A stretch of DNA of 64,000 nucleotides from Vicugna vicugna. Taxonomy: Eukaryota. The position numbers and the translations under genes are program-made. The notes beneath the pieces are model-generated. The model was not told the DNA's origin, did no database searches, and saw nothing but the letters and a program-made list of their open reading frames with translations. The stretch is from contig MU058636.1 in the NCBI GenBank assembly GCA_013265495.1, positions 9,812,176-9,876,175 of the forward strand, written 5' to 3'. Positions 32,600-44,908 of this stretch are shown here, in pieces; the first letter of the stretch is position 1, and the number at the start of each line of letters is the position of its first letter.

Positions 32600-34900
32600 T
32601 TCTTCTCCCAAGAGCTCTTGCAGTTTGCATTTGGTTGCTACATCTCTTCTGCCACATTTACAGATCGTCTTAATCCTTCTGTCTCTCCTATTGCAATATA
32701 CTTGTTAAAGAAATTAGGGGATCTGTTCTGTAGAATTTCCTGCATTCTGGATTTGCCACTTGCATCCCCGTGTTTCAAAATTTTCCTTTATCTCGTATGT
32801 TTTCTGTCTAGTGGAAGGTAGACCCCAGAGGTTTGTTAGATTCAGGTTGGATGTTTGGTTAAGAATATCTCACAGATTATGTGGTGCGCTGTCTCCTGTC
32901 TCCTCAAGAGGCATCTGTTCTGTGGTTGGTTGTCTTTTTGGTGACATTGATATTGATCGGTGGGTTGGAGCCTGGTCAGCCTGATTTATTGTTTATAAAG
33001 TTGGTCTAATGGTTTTAGCAGCCACTGGTCAGTGCTGGAAGATTCATTATTTCAAGAGGGTTTGCAAAATACTAATTTTATAATGTTTTAATATTTCTTG
33101 AAATATTCTTCTCTGTGAATTAAGTCAATAACTCAGTACATAGATTCATCTCTTAAATTTGATTTTGTTTTAGGGACTGCTTTTAAAATTTAATTTTGCT
33201 TTATAATTTTGTAATATATACATATATATGAATTACAGACTTGTTACTAATTTTATTTATCTTTAGAAGTTCTTCAGATTTTAAAGATACTTACACTTTG
33301 TGATGTAAGTTGCAAATATTTTCTTTCATTGCCATTGCTTTTTTATACTTTGATTTGGTGTTTCTGTCATCCAAAAGCTTTTAAAAAGGTAATCCAATTT
33401 ATCCATTGTTTTCCCTTATTGCTTCTGGATGTTGAGTTGTAGTTTGTAAAGTTTTTCCTCATTCCAGGTTAAGGGTAATTCCTTTATGTTTTCTTCTAGA
33501 ATTTATATACATGGGGTTACATTTAGATCTTTGATGGATTTTAAATTAATCCTGGTATATGGCAGAAGACATGAATCCAATTTTATCCTTTTTTTAACAT
33601 TTGTTATTGATTTATAATCATTTTACAGTGTTGTGTCAAATTCCAGTGTAGAGCACAATTTTTCAGTTATACATGAACATACATATATTCATTGTCACAT
33701 TTTTTCCTCTGTGACAATTTTATCCTTTCTGATCCAATTACCTTAGCACTACTCGATAAGAAATCCGGTTTTTCTTCACAGATTTGAGATGCCAGCTCTA
33801 CCATATACTAAACTTCTACTTGCATGGCATTTATTCCTGAATTTTCATATTTTGTTCTATTTGTCTGTTTCTTCACATGCTAATATCATGTTCTTTTGAT
33901 TACAGTCTTTATATTGTATTAGTGTTTGGTAGAGTTACATCCCCTCATTGTTCTTTTTTATGGCTTCCTGTTACTATTATTGCTTCTTTATCCTTTCAAG
34001 TAAATTTTATAATTCATTTTACTTAGCTTCGGAAAAAATGTACTGTTTTTAAATTGAGAGAATATTAAGTTTATAAATTCGCCTAAGGAAAATTGACGTC
34101 TTTATGAGGCTGAATTTTTCTATCCAAAACACATGCTCTGTCTTTTAATTTGTTCAACTCTCCTTGTTTCTCTTTCAATAGTGTTTTAAAATTTTCATCT
34201 TATGAGTCTTGTATTAGCCTTCTTGGCCTTTGCTGACCTTCTCAAATCTCTGGCTTGATGTTTCTCTTCATTTTAGAAACTCTAGATCACTATCTCTTAA
34301 AATATTACTTCTACCCCATTCTCTTTCTCCTGTACTCCTGAAATTCCAATTAGATGAATGTCAGACCCTTTTTATAATGTCCCACATGTTTTTCTAGATC
34401 TTTTATTTTCCACATGGTTCAGTCTGGATGCTTTTTATTGACTTGTCTTGCAATTCACTGATCCTCTCTTCTGCTGCGTGCAAGTTGTTTTAGACCCATC
34501 CAGTTACCTAATTCAGTTATGTAATTTTAAAAAATTTTTTAGTTCAAGAACATTTATTCTCTTTGATAGATTTCACTTCTTTATTAGGTTCTCCATTTTT
34601 AAAATCAATTTTCATCGCATTTAACTCTTCTAATTAAACATATCACTCATAGCTATAAGGTCCTTGTCTGCTAATTCCAGTATTTGGATCAGCTGTGAGA
34701 CAGTTTCTGTTGTTAGCTCTTTCTTCACATCTTCAGTCATCTGGTTTTGTGATTTTGTTATTTAATGTTGGACATTAATAAAAATTTTACAGTTTCCAGA
34801 TGATGCTGTCTTCTGCCAGAGAGACTTCAGCCCGCCCTCTGCCCAGCAGATAGTGTCTTAATCCAAGGATCCACTGAGATCATTAGAGGCTGGGCTGCAG
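32600..34900 (-). mobile_element. Old LINE-1 (L1MC/L1ME-type) fragments
   Basis: T-rich antisense L1 text: ttgcatttggttg, tgtagaatttcctgcattctggatttgc, gttgcaaatattttct, gatttgagatgccagctctaccatatactaaa. Confidence 0.7.
33592..33714 (-). mobile_element. Young LINE-1 3'-terminal 123 bp nested in the old L1, with 14-bp TSD
   Basis: TSD CAATTTTATCCTTT at 33578-33591 and 33715-33728. The reverse complement closely matches the 3' end of the 19132-19489 element. Confidence 0.92.
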
Positions 34901-34959
34901 CTTTAGTAAGACTGTTTATCTCTGAGATGTTTCCTCCTAAGGAATAACCCTTTTGTTTC

Positions 34960-35450
34960 CCTGTTATTTTCTATTGCTGGAGTAACAAATTACTACAAAC
35001 TTAGTGGCTTGAAACAACACAATTTGCTGCCTTACAGTTCTGTCTGGCAGAAGTCTGACATAGGTTTACTGGGCTGAGATCAAGGTATGGGCAGGGTTGC
35101 CATCCTTTCAGGAAGCTCTAAGGGAGAATCCATCTCCAAGCATTTTCTAGATTCCAGAGGCCACCTGCATTCCTTGGCTCGTGGCCCCTTCTTCCATCTA
35201 CATGGCCAGCAGTGCAACAGCCTCCAATCTGTTTCTCTACTTCTGTAGAAACATTGCCTTTTTCTGCCCTATCTCCTATGAGGCCCCTCCTGATTAGACT
35301 GGGCCCACCAGATAATCCATGATAACCTCCTTATCTCAAAATTCTTAACCACTTCTGCCAAGTCCCTTTTGACATATAAGGTGACTTTACATGAAAATGT
35401 TCAGGGATTAGGGTTTGGGGATCTTTGGAAGCCACTATTCTGCCTACCGA
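34960..35450 (-). mobile_element. MaLR LTR (MLT1D-like)
   Basis: taacaaattactacaaacttagtggcttgaaacaaca...cattccttggctcgtggcccc...gataatcc...ccactattctgcctacc. Confidence 0.85.
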
Positions 35451-35463
35451 AAGTCCAACAAGT

Positions 35464-35660
35464 AAGGCTTTCCAAGTTTAACAAACGAAAATACAGATTG
35501 CTTGGTTAAATTTGAATTTCAGATGAACAAAAAATAATTTTTAATTTTAAGTATGTTCTAGTTATTATAAGGATCATACTTATAATATAAAATTATTTAT
35601 TGTTAATCTGAGATTCCACATGAACTGGGCCTTGCCCTGTATTTTCTCTGGCAAGTCTAC
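35464..35660. mobile_element. MER53-like palindromic hAT MITE
   Basis: aaaatacag...gttaaatttgaatttcagat and atctgagattccacatgaactgg...ctgtatttt...ctggcaa form inverted arms. Confidence 0.85.
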
Positions 35661-37253
35661 CCCCAGCGCCCATAGTAAGAGTCTGAGACCCCCTCTTTCT
35701 AAGGTCTACACCTTGTCTCCTTACTGTGGCGAGATTGCCTGTAACTCAAAATGCTTTTCAGAAACTTCTTGCTTAGCTCCTTAAACTCCCAGAATCAGGT
35801 AAAGGTCTTGAAGGCAAAACCATCCACATTCCAGGCTCAGTTCCCTGACCCATTCTTCTCGCCAGGATCTTAATTTCATCCCCCTGCGCCTGCCACAGTC
35901 TCTGTTGGTTTCTCTTTTTCTGCAGGGCCTCTGCCAGGGGAGAGTTCAGGTTCCTTTTCTGGACCCCAAATCAGCAACTGTTTTAGGGGGAAGGTCGATG
36001 GCAACTCTCAGCTCACTTTCTACTGTCCGACCTCTTTTCAGAACCTTGACGCCCCTAGTCTTGGTTGTTTCAACAGCCCTCCAATGCACTTAAATCGAGG
36101 TTTTGTAATTTACCAGGCAGGAGCATCGTTTAGCTGCAAACCGCTTTATCAACCTAGGGCATCTGATAACAAACCCGGTGCTTTCCCAGGACTGTTTAGC
36201 ACAGCAGTAGAAGCGGTTGGCGGACAACAGCTGCACAGGTGGAAAGAGTGGAGGTGGCGTGGTGACATCAGAATGCAGTAAGTGTGGTTGGCCAGGCTTG
36301 GTAGTTGGCTGGACCGCAGGGACCTTGGCAGTGATGTTTGGCCTGGGGCTGAGCCAAGCAGGGCCCGCGGAACAATGGGAAGTTGGCAGCAGTCACCTCC
36401 TGCACACGCAGCTGCCCTCATAGGTAATGTCAGTGAAACCCAGGGAGAGGCTGTCCACAACTCCGGGCCTCGGCCTGGAACTCTGTCCTGGGCACAGCCC
36501 TTTAAAGGAGCCGAGTTGTAATATCATGGCTTGTAAGCTTTTTCCTGCCTTTAATCGCCCTCCTCTAACAGCAAGCACGCTGTCACTGCTTCTCCAGTGA
36601 TTGTGGTAATCTTGCTCCTGGACTTGAATCAGACACCAACACGGCCAGTTGTGGGGATGGACGGGGTTGGATAGCCAAGGTCAAAGGCAGGAGGTCTCCA
36701 GTCTGGGCCTTCTCCTCTTCCTTCCTCTTCCTCATCTAGGGCATTTTGGCTGCTGCTTACTCTGCACCAATGACATAATTTCTGGTATTGGGCACCAGGC
36801 CTCCAGCCACCATGTTTCAAGGAGCCATAATTTCTCCCTCTCTATTAGCAAAACTTCTCCAAATATTCTGAAATAACTTGCCCTGATCAGGAAAGGCAAG
36901 CAAATCAACAAATGGGACTTTATCTCATTCTGGGATGTTTCTACTGTGTGGAGCTTAGAAAAGAACCTGAACTCAAAGCTTGAAACACCGACGACTCAAA
37001 TGGCCTTCCCAGGTGAGAGTGGCTTTCTGGCTATTTACCATCTTTTCCCCTATCCTGAAATTTCAAAGTGGTGTTACCTATTTATAACGGGATGTTCCAA
37101 GTAAAGTCAAAATTTTAATCAATAAAATATTTTAAAAAGGAGTAAGGAGATCACACATTTCCCAGGTGAGATGAATATTCTGGGATAATACTGAGCTGAT
37201 ATCATGGATTAGAGAAACATAAAATGTCCTTTTAAAAATTATTTTCATACCTG

Positions 37254-37524
37254 ATGACTAAATGAAATATATCCTGGGTGGCATCCTGAAACAGAAAAAA
37301 AAACCCCAATGGGTAAAACTAAGGAAATTTGAATAACAAAATGAATTTTAGTTAAAAATAATATATCCGTTTCCAGTCATTAGTTTGCCACACATACCAT
37401 CCTAAGGTAAGATGTTAAGAAGAGGGAAAACTGGGTGCAGGGTCTATGGGATCTTTCTGCAGTGCCTTCACAACTTTTCCAAAGATCTAAAATTATCCTG
37501 AAATAAAAGGTTTATTTTTAAAAA
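37254..37524 (+). mobile_element. Old LINE-1 3' end (L1MC/MD-type)
   Basis: atcctgaaacagaaaa...taagatgttaa...gggaaaactgggtg...caacttttc...tctaaaattatcctgaaataaaaggttta. Confidence 0.8.
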
Positions 37525-37980
37525 TGATTTCATATACGAAGAAGGTGCTGAAAAGCAAAGGGACGTGGGACAATGAAAGGTTACACTTATGACTCAAGTT
37601 AGGAAATAGAATAGAAGTATTAATATTCCATGCAGGTTTACAGAAATGATGTCAGCAAATCATGTTTATCTAGAAATAGTCATAATGGAGAGCATGTCTA
37701 GTGATGAGAGCAGTGCTACGGAGCCCAGCATCCCCAAATCCTCGCTCACTTACAGATAACCCTGAGGAGTTATTTGTAACTTTCTATGAATGAAAACCTA
37801 TGTCTTTCCCAGTTTTTAAAGAGCTATGAGTGGGGAGCCAAAACTTATTCTTGGCCCCTATTCTTTCATTCTCCTAAAATTAACCTATTGGAATGAATGC
37901 TTCTACTCAGCTGTTTGGAATGGGAAATCTATCTCTAAAAGTAACCATTTTTGTCTAAGTTTTTTGAAATGAGGCATTTG

Positions 37981-38190
37981 ATTTTTTTTAACCGTTTTTA
38001 TAAAAAATGTCAAACATACACACCAAAGTGTGTAGAACAGTATAATGAGCCCCTGTGCCCATGACCCAGTTTTATCAGTAGTCGAGACTCACTAAGCTGG
38101 TTTCAGCTATCCCCTCTACCCTCTCATTTTTTTCCCTAGAATAATATAGAGCAACTCCCAGAAATCAGAGTCATTTGCTTTTTAAATACA
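37981..38190 (-). mobile_element. Old LINE-1 3' end (L1MC/ME-type)
   Basis: tcaaacatacacac...gtagaacagtataatgagcccctgtgcccatgacccag. Confidence 0.65.
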
Positions 38191-39089
38191 CCGAGATTTT
38201 AGGCATTCTTCTGTAAACATCTATGGAGCATCTACTTTGAGGCCACTATTTTAGGAGGTGAATGTAGAGATGGGTTAGAGATGGATCTTGTTCACAAGGA
38301 AGAGCTTAGTTGAATAAGAAAGCTAAGACATAAACATAATCACCACAGTGCACTGTATAGAGGGAGAAATGCTCTGACAGAGAGCCAGGCGGCGAGCTAC
38401 AGGAGTTCAGAGTAGGGGTGGGGAATGTCAGCTGGGAGCACTGAGAGCCGCTTTGTAGTAGATGCTGCATCGGACTCAGACCACAAATGAGGACCAGATT
38501 TAGACGTGCGGCAGGATGAGGCATGCGGAAGAGCTGTCCGCTGCCCCCCGCTGTGCCCACCACCCTCTCCTTCAGATACACATGCAGGGCAGGGGCATCT
38601 CTTAAAAAAGATGGATCCACCACAATGGGCCAAATAATAGAGGCAACTTCAGCCTAATGTGATAAAAAGAGATGCTGAAGAAAGTTCAGTTTTCTTCGAA
38701 CCTGACAGAATGGGGACTCTGAAAGAAATTAAATCATTATTAAAAACTCAAGATATTTCTAGTTCTTTCCCCCTGTGTTTGAGAGATACACCCGCTGAGA
38801 GTATTTGAAGATGTTGGCGTGAGAGTAGATAATAATAGAATTAAGTTTGGGTTTGGAGGCAGTGGAATGTCAAAGAACAAAGAGCATGGTGACAGAGCGA
38901 ACCTTGGAAACGAGCAAAGCCTCTTCTTCGGCATCTTGGTGTTGAGTGTAAAGGAAAAAGAGGGACGAGGAAGGAGGAAGTGACTGTCAGAACTGCTTGG
39001 TTTTTCTCAGCGAAGTGGAGGCAAAGCAACATGCCAACCATGGGAGCCCAACCGGACTGGAAGCAAAGGATTTAGCCAGCGATGGTGAC

Positions 39090-39435
39090 TGCAGTGGCGC
39101 TCTCTACACCCCTCCAGGTTCTTCCCTGTCATTTCCAGCCAACTAGCAATGAGTCGAGACCACGTGACCCCATGTTTTGTGACCATAAACCACTTGTGTT
39201 GTTTCCATGATGAGGCACCGGAAAGCTGGGGTAGCACCTTCATTCAACCCTCTCTCCCCCTGCCACAGCCACCCTGGGAGCCCCGTGGCGAGACGGTAGC
39301 ATCACAAGACGGGGAAGGCTGGACCCCAAGTCATCGTATGGAGGAAAGCCAGCCGAAAGACTGTGGCCGTGACAGAATGGAAGGATGGACATCTGCTCTG
39401 ACATCTTGAAGTTTATTCGCTAGTGCAACACAGCA
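39090..39435. mobile_element. Possible degenerate ERVL/MaLR LTR remnant
   Basis: catttccagcc...gaccacgtgac and ccccaagtcatcgtatggaggaaagcc recall LTR16/LTR33-type text; weak. Confidence 0.3.
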
Positions 39436-41324
39436 GAGCTTATCCTCACGAGAGCTGCCACTCAGTGTCCCGCTGTAGCCAGGCTCACCTGGGAAGCACC
39501 TGCCTTCCTGCCTTCCTACCTCCCTCCTTTCCTCTAACGGGTGTCTGCTGGATCCCAGTAATTAGGCAAAACTCTAAGAACAGACACCGTGTCTCACACA
39601 CCCCTCCGAGGAACTAACCTCGCGTTTTCACTGCATGTGAAAATAGATCAAAGGAAGCCACAGCATTTGACCTTTTGGAATTCTCATGCTTCATAAAGAA
39701 AAAGGAAGAAATCTCAGACGCTTTAGTTGGAAAAATAAAGTGGTGGTCTAAAGAGATAACTCGGGGGAGAGTGTTTGTATTTTCAGAGTCATCATATTCA
39801 TTGCATTTCAGTAACAGCCAGACGATTGTGTAGAGTGAGTTCTCATGGGCAAAGCTTTGGTTTAAGTATCAGATCAGGGGCCAGGACGCTTACTCGGACA
39901 CCCTGCTGGTTGAGAAATGATAACTTAGTTCTCAGTTGTTCCCCCAAATATTTTGATCAGCTATACAGTTTCAAAGCAAGTGTAGATGTGAGTCCTGGCT
40001 ATGGTACAGTCTTGGGGAATGTTTCAAAAACAACAAAATCATTATCAAATCGAGACATTTTAGAGGTGATCCACAGGTATCATAAACCTTTGTACTTAGG
40101 GGGGAAAAAGGCAGCTCCTGCCAACAGCACCGGCGTTAGGTCAGTAGGTTTCCCGTCTTGAATGCCTGCAAAACTCAGGGAACAGAACATGGAGGAGACG
40201 TAAGTGGTAGCGTAAGAAACATGATAGAAATAGAATTGCATAATGCTTTCATAGACACAGCAGTTCAGTACTTAAAAGAGTGAACTAGAATAAACCTAGT
40301 TTCTTATTATAGAAGATAATAATTTCAATTAACATTTGTGTAGCATTTTGTAATAAGACGCATTTTGTGCCATTTATTTCTTACAACAAATGTCTGGGGT
40401 AAGTAATATTATTAGTTCTATTTACAGTAAAGCAAACAACAGGCTAGAGGCACTGTTCAGTTTCCATTACAGGAACTTTGGCAGAAATTTGGCATCAGAG
40501 TAGGTGTTCCACTGAGCCCCTTCTGCTGCTAGAGCAAGATCTGGGTAGAAACATGGGATGGTGGGCTGGACCAGAGGGAGCCCCCCTCCCCTCTTCCTTA
40601 TGGGCTGTCTTGTCCGTCCAGTCTGTTCGGGGAGATCCTTGCAGTTTGGTGGCCCAAGGCCAGGGAGCAAGTGACACCTACCCCTGGATGAATGAACCAT
40701 ATTGCTTCTTGGAGGCACCCAGTGTTACTTGTGTTTTTTTGGGTGAAGATCCAAAGACAGAAGAGAAGTTTGCTTATGCTGCAGGCTGAAACTGGTCAAA
40801 GGTAAGCTTGAAATGTGTTCAGACTCCTTGTGGAAGATTTGGGCAGTTTTGTACCTTCTAAGAGGTGGAATCTTAAAACTACCCTTAAGGCCCCCCTGGC
40901 CCTTTGTCCTAGGAAAAGACCCAGAGTAGGCTCCTCCATGAGGCAACTGGGATTTTGGGAGAAAGTCTGAGTGGTCACGAGCAGACGCGTGCTGGTCAGC
41001 AGGTGTGTGCGTGTCTTTTAGCAGACTTACGTCCCTTGCACAGATAGAAACGTTCCTAAGTTTGGGTTCACGGTACAGACTAGCTGGTTTGTTGCTCTGA
41101 GCACCTGCTGCTCTGTGGCTGGTGCTCACAGTCTTACAGCTTCTTCATTTGCAGAAGATGACTCTGAACACTTGGCTTTACACCTGGCAGTCTCCCAGGT
41201 AGAGAGGTAGGGGCGGAAATTTGGACTGAACATTTTCCTCTAGCGGAGGGAAAAATTCTTTGGAGGGAAAAAAAACTCCTCTAAATACAAATTCTACCAA
41301 TGTAGTTAATTTAGATTAATCTTT

Positions 41325-41500
41325 TATCCCCACTACTGACTTATGAGTTGGATGCTGTGTCCAAGTTGTTAAAAGTAACAGTCTCAGTTTCCTCATCCTT
41401 AAAATAGGGGTAACAATAGTTCTACCTCACCGCTGCTTTAAGAGTTAAGGGATCCCGAGTGTGTGACACACAGCAAGGGCTTAATAAATATTTGCTACTG
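41325..41500 (+). mobile_element. MIR
   Basis: gtctcagtttcctcatccttaaaataggggtaacaatagttctacctca. Confidence 0.8.
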
Positions 41501-41712
41501 TCTCAATACCACCATTCAGTCAAAGGCACTTTTACAGGAACACACAGCAGTGTGCAAATGTTCCCTACTTCACTTATACTATGAAAATGTAGTTGTGGTC
41601 ACGTCACCTGTATTGGAAATTGACTTTTTCAAAGCTCTCAGCTTACATACAGAAAACACTTTTCTGCTCTAAAAAAATTCTAATCACTCCATAATCTTTA
41701 TCATCACAAGGC

Positions 41713-41822
41713 TTTAAAATTTTTTAAAAAATTTATTATTATTTTTTAATGGAGGTACTGAGGATGGAACCCAGGACCTCGGGTATTTAAAGCCCATTGA
41801 GCTATACATCCACATCCCCCCC
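41713..41822 (-). mobile_element. Vic-1-like SINE (internally deleted)
   Basis: tttaatggaggtactgaggatggaacccaggacctc...ccattgagctatac; imperfect flanking repeat catcacaaggcttta/catcataagtcttta. Confidence 0.8.
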
Positions 41823-43329
41823 GCATCATAAGTCTTTATCATCAAAAATTGTGATTTTTTCCCCCAATACCTGAATTACATGGATATTATCTGAAAGTAA
41901 CACAGGCCCCCTGCCTTGAGGGAGCTGTTAAGAATTTGCAGACAATGCCCCCAAATCGATGTATATGCTCACATAGGCAAATATTTGCAATTTGCATTAT
42001 GTGCAATAGACACATGTTTGGTATTTTTAAGGGACAGTCTACATGTTTCATCTGAAAGAGCAAAATGGGTCCCCACCAGAGCCAGGGGACACTTGCAGCT
42101 CGCGGGGGGCCTGAGGGTCTGAAGCTGCGTGTCCTCTTGCTGGCTTCCCCGCCAGCCTTCTGCGTGGCTTTGGCCAAGTTCCACGGGGTGCGGAGCCCAA
42201 AGCTTGCCCACAGGATAGCATGGCTCGCCTGGCAGGAAAGCGGGTGTTGCAAATTGGCGCGCTACTTCAAAAGAACTGGAAAACAAAAGCAGATGTGAGC
42301 TCTGACATACGCTCTGGGAGCTGGGGGAGGCCAGCAGGCAGTAGAAAGGGAGGCACTCGCTTTGTTTTAAGCCAGCCAAGTATCCAACTACCGAAGGAGG
42401 CAGTTTGCTCAACTGATGCTTTTATAAGTGAACCAGCCTTTACATACTGGATTCTTTCCCTCGGGGGTGTCTCGAGAAGTATGTATGTGTTTCTCTTTGT
42501 CATTCTTAGGCTTCTCCTCTTTGCTTCTCCATCTCACCAAACAGAAATCCATCGGTGAGAACCGAAGTCTCTTTCTACTTGAAGACGTAGAAGGGCCTTG
42601 TAGTAATCCTTTCTAAAAAGGAGCCCCAGGAGCCCCAGGACAAAACATCACTTATAACATCTGGTAACACCTTCCTCTTCTGCCAGTAACATTGAGTGGT
42701 TTTACAGCCGTGCGAAGAATTGGTGAGGTCCGCTCAACTCCACTTCCTTGTCAGACCTGAGCGACACTGAAGGCACAGCCTTTTGGAACGAACCTCTGAG
42801 CGTTTAGGATGCTGAGGGCAAAAACGTGCGAGCTCCCACCATGAAGGGGCGTCTGCAGCCCGGCAGGGGGAGGAAGGCAGAGAACCACCGCAGCATCGTG
42901 GCACCCTGCCCGCCAGCGGCAGAAGCTGGCAGCCCCCCTGAGAAATGCAAACAGCGTTCCTCCAATTAGTCAGCTATCATCTGGGAAGCCTTTGTTGAGG
43001 AGCCTGTGGTTTGGAGAAGCAGTTGAAGCCCCACAAAGTGATTAAGTCTCTGGTTTTGAAGACCTGTGACAGCTCATCAGGGAAGGAGGGCAGATGAGAG
43101 AAAAACAGGGCAAGGGAAAGCAGGATACGTGTCATAATGTAGGGTGACTGGTGACATTTATACTAAAGGGTTTAAGAAAGGAGGGGCACATCCTCTTGTC
43201 AGCATCCTTCAGAGAACTTTTCCTTCCACCTTTCTGCTTCCTCCTCAGTCTCCCCAGTCTCCTTGGGGCTCTGCTGGGCCCGTCTCCTCCTCATTCACAC
43301 GCTACCCCTAGGCAACCCCCAGTGCTCCC

Positions 43330-43750
43330 GTGGTGCCAGTAACTACCTGCAGATTCCTCCGACCAGAGCCTCAAGTCAGACCCTTCTCTTGAGCCTCACG
43401 CTATACCTCTAACTGCCCGCTGGGCTTCTCTACCCCAGTCCTTCCAGAAACATCCAACTCAGCATGGTCAAGACAACTCACTGCTTTCACCCAGTCTTGC
43501 CCTCAAAGCCCGCCCTTCATTCTCTATGTCACATCTTTGTGAGCAGCGTGGTCACCCACGCCACGCTCACCCTGAGTGAGTCTCTCACAAACCCACCCCC
43601 TCCTCTCCATTCCCATCACCATGACTTTAGTTCAGACTCCATTCAGGTCCCACCTGGATTGCGACCCGAAAGCCCCATCTCCCGTCTCATCTCCTTCGAA
43701 TCAGTTCTTCACAGCGTTATCGTGGTACTAATTAACACAAGATGAAACAT
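43330..43750 (+). mobile_element. L2 fragment (resumes near 44905-44950)
   Basis: catccaactcagcatggtcaagac...ttctctatgtcac...cacctggattg; continues gtgtcactcctttgctcaaaatcccttagtggcttcc after the insertion. Confidence 0.7.
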
Positions 43751-43754
43751 ACTG

Positions 43755-44908
43755 TGTAACGGGGTTTCGCTCTGGTCTTGGAACTTAGTCTGGAGTCCCA
43801 TTACTGAGAAACCACAGGCTGCTCTGAAGAACCAGGCTCTCCCTTCCAGGGATCACTGACAAGTGGCCAAATTAGCCATAGATCAATCACTCCCACCACT
43901 GCTTCCAACGTAGGTCCGCAGAAGACTGGAGCTCATTAAGTTATTAGGGACGAGGGGGTCACTGAGTCCTGGGGTGAAGGGAGAGAATGTGTTGGCTTTT
44001 CTCCTCTCTTTCTCATAGGCACACTGTCCCTGGAGCCAAGGATCACAGGACATAAGAGAATTTTTCATGGAGAGTGGAGGTGCCTGCTAAGAAGTTTACT
44101 GGAGACTCACTGTCCAGCCTTGATGCTCACTGGATGACATTAAGCTGGAGCCAGTGACCCAGAGCTGAGCACAGGAGAGTTCTCGGGAGAGCTGAACTTG
44201 CCTCCTCTGGAGTTTGTGACCCGTGTGAGGATAGGGGCAGGAGCCTGCCTGTCTCCTGGAGTCGCCCGGAGACAACTCACATGGGGGACAAGAACCAGTG
44301 GATCAGCCTGAGCGCCCAGCAAGGACACACACATCTTCATGGGAAAGGCGTGCCAGGAGGGAAACCGGGCTACTGCCATCTTCAAGGTAGTAAAGGACCA
44401 GGGGGTTTACTTTTGGAGACAGAGGCTGGGGAGGTATCACAAGAGGAGACGTCCAGAAGACATCACCCATGTCAGAGAAGGACACAGTACAGAGATCTTT
44501 CAGAGTCTCCCCAGAATGAAAATGAATTCACAAATAACCTTTTCCCCTTTTCCTTTAATCCTTCCATCCTCAGGCCCCGTCTTGGAGGAGCCAGAAACAG
44601 GAATGATAGAGCAAATGCCAACTGCAGTTTCCAAGACGCAGCTCAGGATCGAGCTGAGGGAACAGAAGCAGTTAGGGATTGAACGTGAGGTTGGTGTTTG
44701 TATTTAGACACTGCTGCACTTTTTGATATCTGTAAATGAGTCCATTGTCAAAGCAAGACTGTTCTTCTAGCTAAACGTGCCTGGAAGCCTACAGGATCTT
44801 CTAGAGATGTTGTCAAAGACTGAGGACGAAAGATCTGGCAAAACACATTTAAAAGCAGCACTGGGAGAAAAACAAAGTCATGTCTCACGTTCCAAAGTCA
44901 AAAATAAC
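43755..44908. mobile_element. Unassigned ~1.15-kb insertion, possibly an ancient LTR
   Basis: Interrupts an apparently colinear L2; begins TGTAAC; family and TSD not recognised. Confidence 0.35.
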
